64,000 bases of DNA from Setoptus koraiensis (lineage: Eukaryota; Animalia; Arthropoda): NCBI GenBank assembly GCA_048013815.1, contig CM106585.1:12338001-12402000 (forward strand), read 5' to 3'. How positions within the stretch are numbered: position 1 is the first letter of the stretch; every line of letters starts with the position of its first letter. The position numbers were made by a program, and so were the translations under genes. Under the pieces are notes generated by a model. The model was not told the origin of the DNA. It made no database searches and was given only the letters and a program-made list of their open reading frames with translations. Below are positions 39,124 to 49,663 of the stretch, in pieces.

Positions 39124-40160
39124 TCAAATTTGACTTACCCTGGTGTCCATTGATTGATTCATTTCTGTTGCTTCGGATTCGTTGCTTGCGCCACCATCTA
39201 AGCAAGTTGTTGGATCTAATGAATAAAACAATTCTTGTTGTTGCTCACAAGTGACCGCATCATCTTGCCCTATTGACAAAGAGAAGCGCCGCTGTATAAT
39301 AGATGAAGTTGGCCTTGTTTTAATTTGTTGCCTGGTCGATGGTGTTGCACTTGTTGCTAGTGGCTGGTTGTTGTGTCTAGTTTTTTGCGTTGTCTTTGAT
39401 AATAAGGCATTGTTGTTATCACTAGTGTTGTTGCAATGGGCCCTTGCTACCACTTTATCAGCAGTTTGATCTGTAGTTGCTGTTGCTCTTGTTTTTGCTG
39501 CCGCTGCTGTTGCCACTGATGACGGTGCAGCGTTGCGGTCACTCGATTCTTGGCTCTCCAAAGCTTCGAATTGTGATTCGTATTTTTTGAATTCTTCCAA
39601 CAGTTCGACATCGTTGCTACCAATGGACTGGCATTTGACCTCGTGCAGTCTGTTCACAATTGATTCAAACTTCTGAACATACAAAAAAAAACAGACCGCA
39701 AAAATGATCGAGCGGCATGGGGAAAGAAAGCTCGATTAAACAGAGGGCCAAACAAGAGAGTGAAAGATTCAAATCCGATTAGCCAGTTACATAATTGAGA
39801 CAATGATCGCCCACTAGATCGATCTAGATTCCAAAACTCTCGGACAGGCAAAAATCATTAGAGTTTGCTAGTTCAGGTGGGCGATCATTGTTGACCACCC
39901 CTAATTGAATTACCATGTGTGAGTGTTTGTTGTTTGCAATATCCTCTCAAATGTAATTGTGCAACTGTACTCACCTTGAGAGCGCTCTCCTCATCGTGGG
40001 CCACACTCTTGAGCCATTCGCTCAATAAATTTGTAACGATTTTGTCCTCTTTTATGTCTATCGTATCTGCCGTAGCTGGTGTCTTGTTTATAAGTTCACT
40101 GTGTTGCTCTTGTTGTTGTTCATTCTTTTTGGTATTGCTTGATTGGGCGATACTAGCCAT
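39124..40160 (-). CDS. Hypothetical protein with N-terminal helical/coiled-coil region; exons 40160..39975 and 39672..39139, last exon uncertain
   Basis: Donor AAG|GTGAGT (39974), acceptor TTTTTTTTGTATGTTCAG|AAG (39673), phase 0, joining ...HDEESALK/KFESIVNRLHEVK...; strong donor AGG|GTAAGT at 39138. Candidate next acceptors at 39087 or 38981. Confidence 0.65.
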
Positions 40161-40952
40161 TGCTTCTGCTTGCCAACGTTGCTATAGTCAACCGAAGTGC
40201 CATCTGCTTAGGAGAATTTTCTAGGAATTTGCTCACAATTGTTCACAATTAACCATTATTTAACTATTAATGTATCTTGATAAACGATTGATAGTTTGAC
40301 GCCGCTTCCTTCTGATGGCAACTGAATCAAAAACGCTAATGGTGGCTATTAGCTACTGTCGAGATCCACTTGAGTCTCTTCGGTCATCGTCGATATGATT
40401 GTTATTATTCGAGTTCCTCTACCTATTGTATACCGCTACTGTTTGAACGATTTGTAGGTGATTGACAGCCACTGGTCGTTGCTAGGCGCGTTCCTTTCGA
40501 GTTACGAACCTGCAATGAGACACACTTCTACTACTACCACTACTACTGTTGCAAATTCCGCCAGCATTCACTCAGGTTTCATTCACACTTTCTCGAAGCT
40601 AAACTTAGACCTTTGCTCATTGAGTTTCAGAGTCCGCAACTTGAAGTCAACAGATCGAATGCGCTAAACGCGGGCGGAGTTTCGTCCCTGACTAGAGCTA
40701 TATTCAGATGCAAACTTGACTTGTTATGAGCGACGCATGTGTGTGTGTTGCTATTTAGTTCAATTTTTGAGCAAGACCCCTCCCTTTGTTGCTCCCATCA
40801 GCTTAGTCCACTTGCAAGCTAGACAGCCAGTTAGGTCGATATTACAAGAGTGATTGTTCTGTTTGTTAGACCAACACATACTAGCACATAGTGGTTGAGC
40901 TAGTCATAGGAAGGGGCCGAGGATTGCAGTGAGGGGGACACCGGATTTCTCA

Positions 40953-40965
40953 ATGGCGCCATCTT
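40953..40965. promoter_or_regulatory. Possible YY1/Pho site (palindrome ATGGCGCCAT overlapping CGCCATCTT), about 0.8 kb upstream of the 40160 gene
   Basis: Match to the known CGCCATNTT consensus; single motif, no functional evidence. Confidence 0.3.
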
Positions 40966-41626
40966 GTGGCTTGGTGGGGAATTTATTATGGTTTGCATTA
41001 GCACTGACAGGACAATTTTACATTGTTGTGCATATTGTGATTGATTGAAGTATCAGGCTGAACGCCGTTCGTTTAACATGTAACATTTAGCGATTCTCCT
41101 GAACAAAACAATTGCCCATTCGTTGTGACAAGTGATAGAGATTACATATATATCTAAATATATATGTAATATGTTTGTGTGTATAGATATTCATACATAT
41201 GTACATGGTGTTTGTATTAAGCGATATCATTTAAATGATTTGTGCGCTTGTATTATGTTGGTTCTTTTCCTAATCTACAGTGGTGACGTAATGAAGGAAG
41301 GGAATAAGATGATTAGAGGGCGGCGTTTTATCAAATACACACAAACACACACACACTCACATACATAATAATTATATATATTAACTATATATTTGTATAC
41401 CGGCAGTAGTACATAGGGAGATTGCTAGGTCAGGCTGACAGTATCTGCAGCTATGTGTAGACTGATGATGGCCACTACAATGGCTTGCCATGTAGTAAGG
41501 CGGCCACAATTTTTGCACTGCAATCGGGTGCCGTCAACTAGAATCTCAGTCCATATAACATTAGTGGATAATAACAGTTAATGAGTGTGTTGTTGTTTGT
41601 GTGATGACCATAACTAATGTAATGTA

Positions 41627-42379
41627 TCATGATATATTGTATAGATGATTGGCTAGTCTGAGATTGTTCTGTTGGACACGTTTGTTGTGGCGTTTCTCGT
41701 GGCACACTGTCTTGTAAACGACAAACATAATGAATGCCACAAATAATATGGCCAACGAGGTTGCTATTCTAACACCAATGAGAATATCATAATCTGAATA
41801 GTATTCGCGCATTTGTTGCTGCTGCAAGCAATTGTTTGTTATCATGGCCACATTGGATAGCTGTTGTTCCATTTGGCTGTTCAATTGATGTTCGTCGCCA
41901 ATGGTGTCCAATTGTCGCTCCGCTATGCTACGGCCATCGGCATTTGTCACATCAGTGACGTTAGTTATTACAGTTTCGTTTAAATAATTGCCAATCAGGT
42001 CGCTGTTGGCCTCTAATAGATGCGTCAGTTCGCCTAATTGAGCAGATTGAGCGAATCCGGCTTGCACTGTCGCCGGATTGTGTTGGGTCCTTGTGGGGTA
42101 TTCCTGTGTTGGGGCGACTGCATTTAGGGCGGAATCATCACCATCATAGTTGTTGTTGTTGTTGTTATCATTTGGATCACCGTCGTCGTTGTGTTGGAGT
42201 GTCGTCTGATCTGTCCTACTGCTGTTGTTGTCATTGCTATTGTTGGCGAGCGTGCTATTGCAGGGGTCTACGTTGTAACGATTTGGAACTATCAACCTGA
42301 TATCGTGCTCTCGTTGGTTCTGCAGCGCCGTCTGATTGTTCACAATATAACTGAGCAGCAATTGCAGGTAAGAGGCCAT
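41627..42379 (-). CDS. Single-pass (type III-like) membrane protein, 250 aa
   Basis: ATG-initiated ORF; N-terminal region with many N-x-S/T sequons; one TM (IGVRIATSLAILFVAFIMFVVY) followed by a basic stretch (KTVCHEKRHNKR). Confidence 0.75.
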   Translation of the reverse strand: MASYLQLLLSYIVNNQTALQNQREHDIRLIVPNRYNVDPCNSTLANNSNDNNSSRTDQTTLQHNDDGDPNDNNNNNNYDGDDSALNAVAPTQEYPTRTQHNPATVQAGFAQSAQLGELTHLLEANSDLIGNYLNETVITNVTDVTNADGRSIAERQLDTIGDEHQLNSQMEQQLSNVAMITNNCLQQQQMREYYSDYDILIGVRIATSLAILFVAFIMFVVYKTVCHEKRHNKRVQQNNLRLANHLYNIS

Positions 42380-43297
42380 GATTTGCGGTAACGCGGTTCG
42401 AGTCGTTTCGGTTGAGCTATCAAAATAGGCGAGTGACTATTGTTTTCTTCTTATATACTCTTCTCATATACTCTTGTTATATACTCTTCTTATATGCTCT
42501 TGTACAGGGATGCTGGCTTGTTAGTCCCGGCCGGCGCGGACGGCCACTCTAGCGACACTGGCGTCAATATGGCGGCTCCAATCAATTCTGTTTGCTGCTG
42601 CTGCTGCTGTGTGGACAATCATGGCTACGATACTGGCTAACCAATTGCAATTAAGACAGCAAGCACTAACTGGCAATAATTAGCGATAACTGGCGATAAT
42701 TAGCAATTATTGCGCCCCGTCCGCCGCTGGCTGGTCTGTACTGTGGAATGCAAGCGTGGATGCCTCTATTCTATTCACTGTTCTATGCTATTTAGTTCTA
42801 TCTTGTTGTTGTTGTTGTTGTTCTATTCTATTTCCTATATTTTGTTCTATCCTCTATTATATTATATTCTATTTTTCCATTCTGTTCTATTCTATTCAAT
42901 TCTATTCTAGAACTACACACAAAACCCCCACTCTACCCCTCGCCAGCTACCACTATACTGTGTGTATACGGTGTGCAATAGCCTGTCCGCCGGATAGTGT
43001 GCGCCCAGTATGTAGCAAGATTCGATTTTGTTTTTGCCAACTTGACCGTTTTTGTGTTATTGTGTAAATATACCCCCCTGTTCCTCTCTCTCCCTCTCAC
43101 CCTCTCTCTGTCGCACACTCACACAGTGTGCAAAAGATTCTATTTGTCCTGTAACTTACAGACTGCCAGCCTTCGCCCCTTTCACTCGCCTGCCCCCCGC
43201 TACTGGGCGCGCGCCCCTCTCGCTGCTTGCCTGCCCCCTGTCACCCCCAACATTCGCCTTTTTTATATACATTCTCTTTCTCCCTTTTTCACTCACT

Positions 43298-43364
43298 CAC
43301 ACACACACACACACACACACGCACACACACACACACGCACACACACACACACGCACACACACAC
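43298..43364. repeat. Compound (CA)n microsatellite
   Basis: Read directly from sequence. Confidence 0.95.
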
Positions 43365-45236
43365 CGTGCTGAACGACTCACTTATGGAATGCAAGTCGCC
43401 TTGTCGGTATACGTGGCGAGAGCGCGTGGTGCGCGCTTGCCGCACTGCTTGTGCGACCCAAGCACGCAGTGTGCACCGTACAAAGTGTGTGTGTGTGTGC
43501 GATCCGCCACCGACCGCGGCCTGCGTGTGTCAGCGTGTGTTTACGTGTGCGCCAAGTCAAGCGCATAACAACTGTGCCGCTAACGAGAGCGAATGTCCGC
43601 CCTCTTTCCTCCCCTCTCACCCAGCACCGAAATGATACTCTAGTTGTGCCAGTCGAACGAACTACGCAAGTTATGAAACTGATGAGCCACAAATGGCACA
43701 ATGGCAAACGGGTGGCACACTGCGCAAACTTAAAACCGCCAAATCATTAGAGCTCTAACACATGCGCTGGCTGGCCATTGTTTGCGGCCCACTAACAAGG
43801 GGCCCCACACACATGTCAAGCTGGCCACAGTAACAGGGCGCGCACTTTCTGGGCTCTTATTTAATTAATCTCAAGTCGGTTACTGCGAACAAACCCCGTC
43901 TGTGAGTTTGTATCAGGCTCAATTTCGGCTAGCTAAAAAGCGGGCCCCAAAGAGCCCAACCGCAAATGCGGCGATCAGGGAGACGCCACATTACAGTGTA
44001 TCGCACGAAAGCTGCTGCGTTGGCCGCAAGTGTTGACTGCTGCCCACTGGAGCATGCACGAGCAACATAGCTTGAAATTACAGCCTGCCCCCACCCCCAT
44101 TCTCTTACAGTTCCGCTTCTTTAAAATCACAGTTGGCACATTCTTGTGTGTGCTTTATGGTGCAACGGAATCGAATCAAGTTGTGGTTTTGCGTCACACA
44201 CACAAATTGTGCCGCCATTGTTACATGTGCAGTGAGCTCGCTCCCAATGCGCCTGTCTATGCCATTCGAGTGAGCCGAACTAAGCCAAAGTTCCTCTGTT
44301 CGGCGATCGGAGCGCGAGTGGTGCACTCTTTGAAAGCGCGCAAAGTATCATGTGCTCGGACCCCTTTCGATCCGAGATGATTCATTGTTCCTCACAGGAA
44401 CATGTATTGATTGTTCGTTTTGCAAATATTGGCGCTATCCGGTGAACCATGGGAAAATTTGTCGCATTTGAGCCGCACCGCACCAAGAGAGCAGTCAATT
44501 TATCATTCGGTCAGTGAGCTAGATACAGCCAGCGGCGACCAGTCCCAATCAAGCAAAACTGACGTTGAGAGTCTCGCCGCAATGAAGAATTATTATCTTG
44601 CCCACTTGATATGCTGGCCTCGAACATTCCGCTCAAAACCACCGGTCGCTCGTACGATATATCATGATGACATAATTTGGCACTAATGTCACCATGGCTC
44701 AGCAGGCCGATTGCCGATACCAACATGTATCTCGATGAGAGCACTTGTCAGTAACTAGCGAGCGGAATCGTCAGATTGCAAAATGTTGACGCGAATTCTC
44801 CGCGGGATGCCATTTACAAAACGGCTCGACCTAACTCAAGCATCTGACTCCGTTGCAATTAGACATTTGGAACGCACGCCCATTTCTATTTAACCGATAA
44901 CTGCGGCTCACAACCTGAACAAAAAAACATCATGAAATGTTTTCTTCCAAGCCATTGACACTTGATTATATTGAGCTGAATCACTTAGATGAAGGTGAAT
45001 AATTTGGGACGATTGGTCAATAACAGACTATTGCATCCAGGCATGTCGAGAGCAAATTCTTCTTTGCCGACATCGTTCGACGATTGCTGTTCACTAATTA
45101 ATGTTCATGGCAGCGGCCATTAACTAAGAATCGTTGGTTTGGTTGATGAAGATTGCTCATTTTTGTATTTATTGTGCAATTCATGTGAAGCTACACGATA
45201 TCTTAACTCTGATTATCACTATTCATCATTACATAA

Positions 45237-46346
45237 TTACTGGTATTTTAAATGGCCATAAATTTTTGCTACACGTTCGGCGTTTTTCTTTCTATTGGCA
45301 TCAAACTTTTCGAATCTCTCTTTGTATTTTCTTGAGAAATATGGTAGCATCGGAGAAATAGTTAGTAGATAATTCATGATGAAGCCGAACTTGAATGACT
45401 TGTACCTTTGAGCCAGTGTCAAAGGTTTAGGTTGGTCATCGCCAGAAATCGATAGTTCGGGCCTCCACCAGTGATCAAGAATGTTAAAATCAAAGTCTTG
45501 CACTAATTCTTGCATAGCAAAACAAACACCTTCTGACATAGCAACACCAATCGGGTGTCTCTTGTTTCCAATCAGTGATTTAACTCTATCAAAGATAAGA
45601 ATTAGAAATTCTCGTTGCTTGTTGATGTCATCATATGTACACAAATTGTATGTATCCTCCACGCCCAATAAGTAGGCCAATATACGCCAATAGTAACTCA
45701 TGTCTAGTAAATCTTGATCACTGGCAGTGTGTGCTCCACACTTTTCTGGGTATAATAGGATGGGGCCAATAAACGAAAATTGAGTCATTGCCATATCAAA
45801 CTGATTGACTCTAAGCTGGCCAGACCCAACGTTTGAGTTGACCAATCGATCAGTGCTTGTGTTACTATTGTCACAAGTTACCTGTTCAGCGTTTTTTGCT
45901 TGTGTTTCATTATCGCTGTTCATCAATTTGAATATCCTTTCATGCATTCCTCGCACTAATCTGATATTTTTGGCACCCGCATCAGATGGGTCGAAGATGT
46001 TTTTACTCTCATACCAACTTTTAATGTATTTCGCAGTATCCGCATAACGATATAATAGATCGGGAACAGTCCGAGATTTGCCTGTCCTCAACAGTGCGTC
46101 CAATATTTCAGGTGTTTGCATTGTAATAAGTAATCCTGTGAATGAGGATAGTGACATACTTGGGTAGTAGACGTCACTCACCAGAACTTGAGCCCTCTCG
46201 TAGCGCTCCTGATCAAACCAAGGAGGTTTCACATTGATATCGATATTGGCCGATGTGGCTGGCTCTTTTTTAGATGCATCTAGCAATAACTTGTATTTCT
46301 CCTTTGGTGTTAACGTCTCCCTCCATTTGTCATTTAATTTATCCAT
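45237..46346 (-). CDS. ER-bound oxygenase mpaB / DUF2236 family protein, 369 aa, intronless
   Basis: Family motifs PPWFDQERYERAQ, TGKS...YRYADT, VRGMH (putative heme His), NQFDMAMTQFSFIG, YWRILAYLLGVEDTYNLC. Confidence 0.85.
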   Translation of the reverse strand: MDKLNDKWRETLTPKEKYKLLLDASKKEPATSANIDINVKPPWFDQERYERAQVLVSDVYYPSMSLSSFTGLLITMQTPEILDALLRTGKSRTVPDLLYRYADTAKYIKSWYESKNIFDPSDAGAKNIRLVRGMHERIFKLMNSDNETQAKNAEQVTCDNSNTSTDRLVNSNVGSGQLRVNQFDMAMTQFSFIGPILLYPEKCGAHTASDQDLLDMSYYWRILAYLLGVEDTYNLCTYDDINKQREFLILIFDRVKSLIGNKRHPIGVAMSEGVCFAMQELVQDFDFNILDHWWRPELSISGDDQPKPLTLAQRYKSFKFGFIMNYLLTISPMLPYFSRKYKERFEKFDANRKKNAERVAKIYGHLKYQ

Positions 46347-47056
46347 CTTGTTGAATTTGAGTTAGATTTACTCAGAACAGAATAGACTGCAGAGTTCCAA
46401 TATGAGCTCCAAATCACGACCCTTTGGGTGGAAATAAATTATTCGAAATACAAGTCAACAAGGGTTGGACTGTGAATCTGACTCGACAGGATGGATCACA
46501 CAACAGAAGCGATCTTGTATTGGAACCACAGGGCAACCTGTACACTCTTGAACACATACTTGTTATATCAGCTGAATGTAGAAAAGCCGATATCTCAGAT
46601 ATCCTCATATCTGTGTAAGTAGCGGTAAACAAGTAAAATTCTGTTGAACTAACTTCTGTTGAGTGCCGGCAATATAAGTTTCTGTTAGGATGAATGGACT
46701 GCGCTTAAGCAACAAGTTTGTCTCTAACAAGATTGCGATAGATTGATACTGATTTTCACAGTGTATAATCGTAAGCCGGTCGAGTTGCCAGATGCGTTTC
46801 GCATCAAGTTGCCCAGCTAGAACAGAGAAGCAGATATTGGAACGACGGCCACAAACATTAGTAGACAGATTAAATTTTGACATTTTTACGATATTGTTTA
46901 TAGATTATTGTTAATCTTTTGTTTATGAATCATTGTCGTATAATAATACTAACATTGAAGTGCTTTGGCCGAGCGCTCATCTTGATGGTTTGTGAAGCGT
47001 CGGTTTTTGATTTTCAAGCAGTTTTGAACAATCTAGACAGGCGTTGAATAATGACT

Positions 47057-49141
47057 TTATTGTTCAACATCAACTAAGGTCTTAATCAAATTACAGCAAT
47101 CCAGTAAACAAGTGTAATAGGGCTCGCCCAGGATTGTTTCTATCTTCAGCTTTTCCAAACGTAAACATTTAGTCAAGTTAAAAACAAGTACACAGTTCAT
47201 ATACTGTTCCAACTTGAGCATGCTGAGTGGACTGTCAAGTAAAGTGTTCAAGCATTCGTAAGATACTATTGATGATTGTAATTGGCTTATGAAGTGCATT
47301 ATTCTGCGATATATCTGTTCCATTGGACTCTGCGAAGTTTTAAATCTGACAGCTAATGGACCGATTTGATCACAAATTTTTTTCGAGGAGCCCTCATCTA
47401 GTGTCTGTTTTAGCTTTTCATCTTTGTTCACAAAACCGTAATAGATGAATGTCATAAAGATTGCCTCCACAAATTGTGGCTTTGGCTTGAGACACGTTTC
47501 AACGCCGGTATATCTCACTAACATCATTATTAGGCCAGCCTGTCTAGACAGTTCCGGTGACATTATCTGACGGAATGAGTCAATCAATAGGTTTAGTTCA
47601 TCCAGGGACGAGTGAAATGTCTCCAGGAGCAATGATTTTTTCAAACCTTGATCCATACCAATCAATGCATAGATATTCAGATGTTCTAGAGAGCCAAATT
47701 TATCCAATTTGAGACAAGGGTAAATTATCTTTTTGTCATACACTCCATTAATTCTATCCCAAATTTCCAGAGTATCCTGTTTACTTTGTTGCATTTTGGC
47801 AATTGTTGTGGCATTGGGTGCAGGAATTCGAGATCTCAACAGGGTTAAGCATACGCTAATCGATCTATATTTGACAATATTGGAAGAGGGCATAATGAAA
47901 TCGTCAATTATGGCGTAGTTGAAATATGGATTATGGAAAGACATGTCCAGAATCACGGGGCTCAAAGTGTCCTGTTCTGTGAGTCGTTTGAGATATTGCG
48001 CCGGAGTTTCTGTTGTTGCCGGTTGATTGGGTTCATTGCTAATTGGTGGGTACACTTCGTTTAGTTCAGCGATAAAATTGTCCGAATGCTCAATGTTGTA
48101 GTTGCGCAAAAGTATATTTAGTACACTGCGAATTTTGGGCTTGTCCGAGTTACTTGTGCAATAGACCAGTTGCTCGATAGCCTCATTTGGAGTTTTACCG
48201 CTCAACCAGTGCAATATCCTGACTATCTTGCGATGAGCGAAAGTATTGGCAACAAGTGGACCCCTGTACTGCTCAGTGGCTACTTTATCGCATAGCTTGT
48301 CAAAAGTGAAAGCTTCCACGTAGTCGTTGCCCAATAATATACTGAGCAGAGGCATGGTGACGGATAACATTCCGGGAAAGTGTCGCATAAATTTACGTTG
48401 CGTTAATAAGTAGCACTGTATACAACAATTGCTGCGCTCTTTGTGCCTCTTGGTTTGTCCATCATCGTTATAACTGTCCTTAACTTTTGCATCATTAAAT
48501 TGATTGGCTCGCTGGCGAACTGTTAGGAATTCAAACATGTCAATCATAATGTATCCGTTTGGTATATCGAATACTAAGAAATCACTATCGTTTGTGAGAA
48601 CGGGACAGGCGAGCTCGTTGGCCAATCGGGCAATGTGGGCGTCGGCCTCGTACGGTGTCTGGATGCGTTGTATGGCCATCTCAATGGCTATACATTTAAA
48701 CACGTGATTGATGGTCTGTGGCAAGATGGAGTTGCCGCCACCGGAATAGTTGGGGCCGTTGCCTCTATCACATTCTTGGTATTCTTGTAAATTCTTCACA
48801 CTATTGAATCTGTCCAGGCCACGCTTGTACACTGTGTTTGTCTTGAGCAATATCTTGTCCTGTGTGGATTGTTTGCCGATAACAGAGCCATCAAAAACTA
48901 ATATTGGTCTAATGTTACATTTCTTAAGATTCTCAAAGAACGTTCTCACCAGATTGCCGTAGGCCACGAGATTTCCGCCATACAGATCATTCTTGTCGTG
49001 CTCAGATTGTTTACTGAGCAATGTAAACAGCATGCACAATAGATTGTTGGCATCGATAACGAGATCCGTATCGCTTAAATCTATTCTAGTCAAGAGATCG
49101 GGATTGTTCTTGAGGAATGTTTGCAGGCCTCTGACCCCCAT
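47057..49141 (-). CDS. ASTE1: Asteroid / ASTE1, XPG-FEN1 PIN-fold nuclease family, 694 aa, intronless
   Basis: N-terminus MGVRGLQTFL, LVIDANN, PILVFDG, PYEADAHIARLA, PVLTNDSDFLVFD, LLGNDY; acidic catalytic positions appear retained. Confidence 0.9.
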   Translation of the reverse strand: MGVRGLQTFLKNNPDLLTRIDLSDTDLVIDANNLLCMLFTLLSKQSEHDKNDLYGGNLVAYGNLVRTFFENLKKCNIRPILVFDGSVIGKQSTQDKILLKTNTVYKRGLDRFNSVKNLQEYQECDRGNGPNYSGGGNSILPQTINHVFKCIAIEMAIQRIQTPYEADAHIARLANELACPVLTNDSDFLVFDIPNGYIMIDMFEFLTVRQRANQFNDAKVKDSYNDDGQTKRHKERSNCCIQCYLLTQRKFMRHFPGMLSVTMPLLSILLGNDYVEAFTFDKLCDKVATEQYRGPLVANTFAHRKIVRILHWLSGKTPNEAIEQLVYCTSNSDKPKIRSVLNILLRNYNIEHSDNFIAELNEVYPPISNEPNQPATTETPAQYLKRLTEQDTLSPVILDMSFHNPYFNYAIIDDFIMPSSNIVKYRSISVCLTLLRSRIPAPNATTIAKMQQSKQDTLEIWDRINGVYDKKIIYPCLKLDKFGSLEHLNIYALIGMDQGLKKSLLLETFHSSLDELNLLIDSFRQIMSPELSRQAGLIMMLVRYTGVETCLKPKPQFVEAIFMTFIYYGFVNKDEKLKQTLDEGSSKKICDQIGPLAVRFKTSQSPMEQIYRRIMHFISQLQSSIVSYECLNTLLDSPLSMLKLEQYMNCVLVFNLTKCLRLEKLKIETILGEPYYTCLLDCCNLIKTLVDVEQ

Positions 49142-49578
49142 CACGCAAGACGCTTGTTGGTGTGTATCGGTCTCCTAAATATCAGGTTTCCTAAATGGAC
49201 GGCATGCAAACAACGGGCTAACGGTTTGGGTGGTAGGCAATGTCCGCTGGGAAAACAATTAACATGATGTGGACGAGAGGGGCGAATTGTGGAAAATAAG
49301 TAGATCACAGCCGCTAAATATAGAAATGAATTGTCAGACATTTGTGGCTTGTGGTCTCACGTGCTCATGCGATTGCGAAAAGTGGTGCGCGTGGACGCAT
49401 GAGATTGCAGCGAGAGGTAACGCACTAATTCATGGTGCACTCTGAACGCACAACAGCCAAACAGATGATCGGCACAGATGATGAAATGTGATCTGTGCCG
49501 ATATTCGCTAGTTGTGCAGCTCGTGACTCAACTCGATCGGATGTGTGCCGAAAGACGCGCCCCAATTTTGCAAGCAGC

Positions 49579-49663
49579 AGCGCCGGATAATTTTTGCTAG
49601 TAGCGCCGGATAATTTTTGCAAGTAGCGCCGGATAATTTTTGCAAGTAGTCGGGCCGGATAAT
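49579..49663. repeat. 23-bp tandem repeat AGCGCCGGATAATTTTTGCAAGT x3 plus partial copies
   Basis: Units at 49579, 49602, 49625; partial GCCGGATAAT at 49654 and AATTTTGCAAG at 49564. Confidence 0.95.

Noticed and set aside
42395-42404. GGTTCGAGTC B-box as a tRNA or SINE
   Set aside because: No A-box at suitable spacing and no cloverleaf.
46414-46883. Small ORFs between ASTE1 and the mpaB-like gene (46605..46883 -, 46414..46632 -, 46424..46618 +)
   Set aside because: The plus ORF has no in-frame ATG; the two minus ORFs cannot be joined by a good donor in the needed phase; no homology recognised. RNA-seq would settle it.
49579-49663. Direct repeats as a CRISPR array
   Set aside because: Units are contiguous with no unique spacers, there are no cas genes, and the context is eukaryotic.
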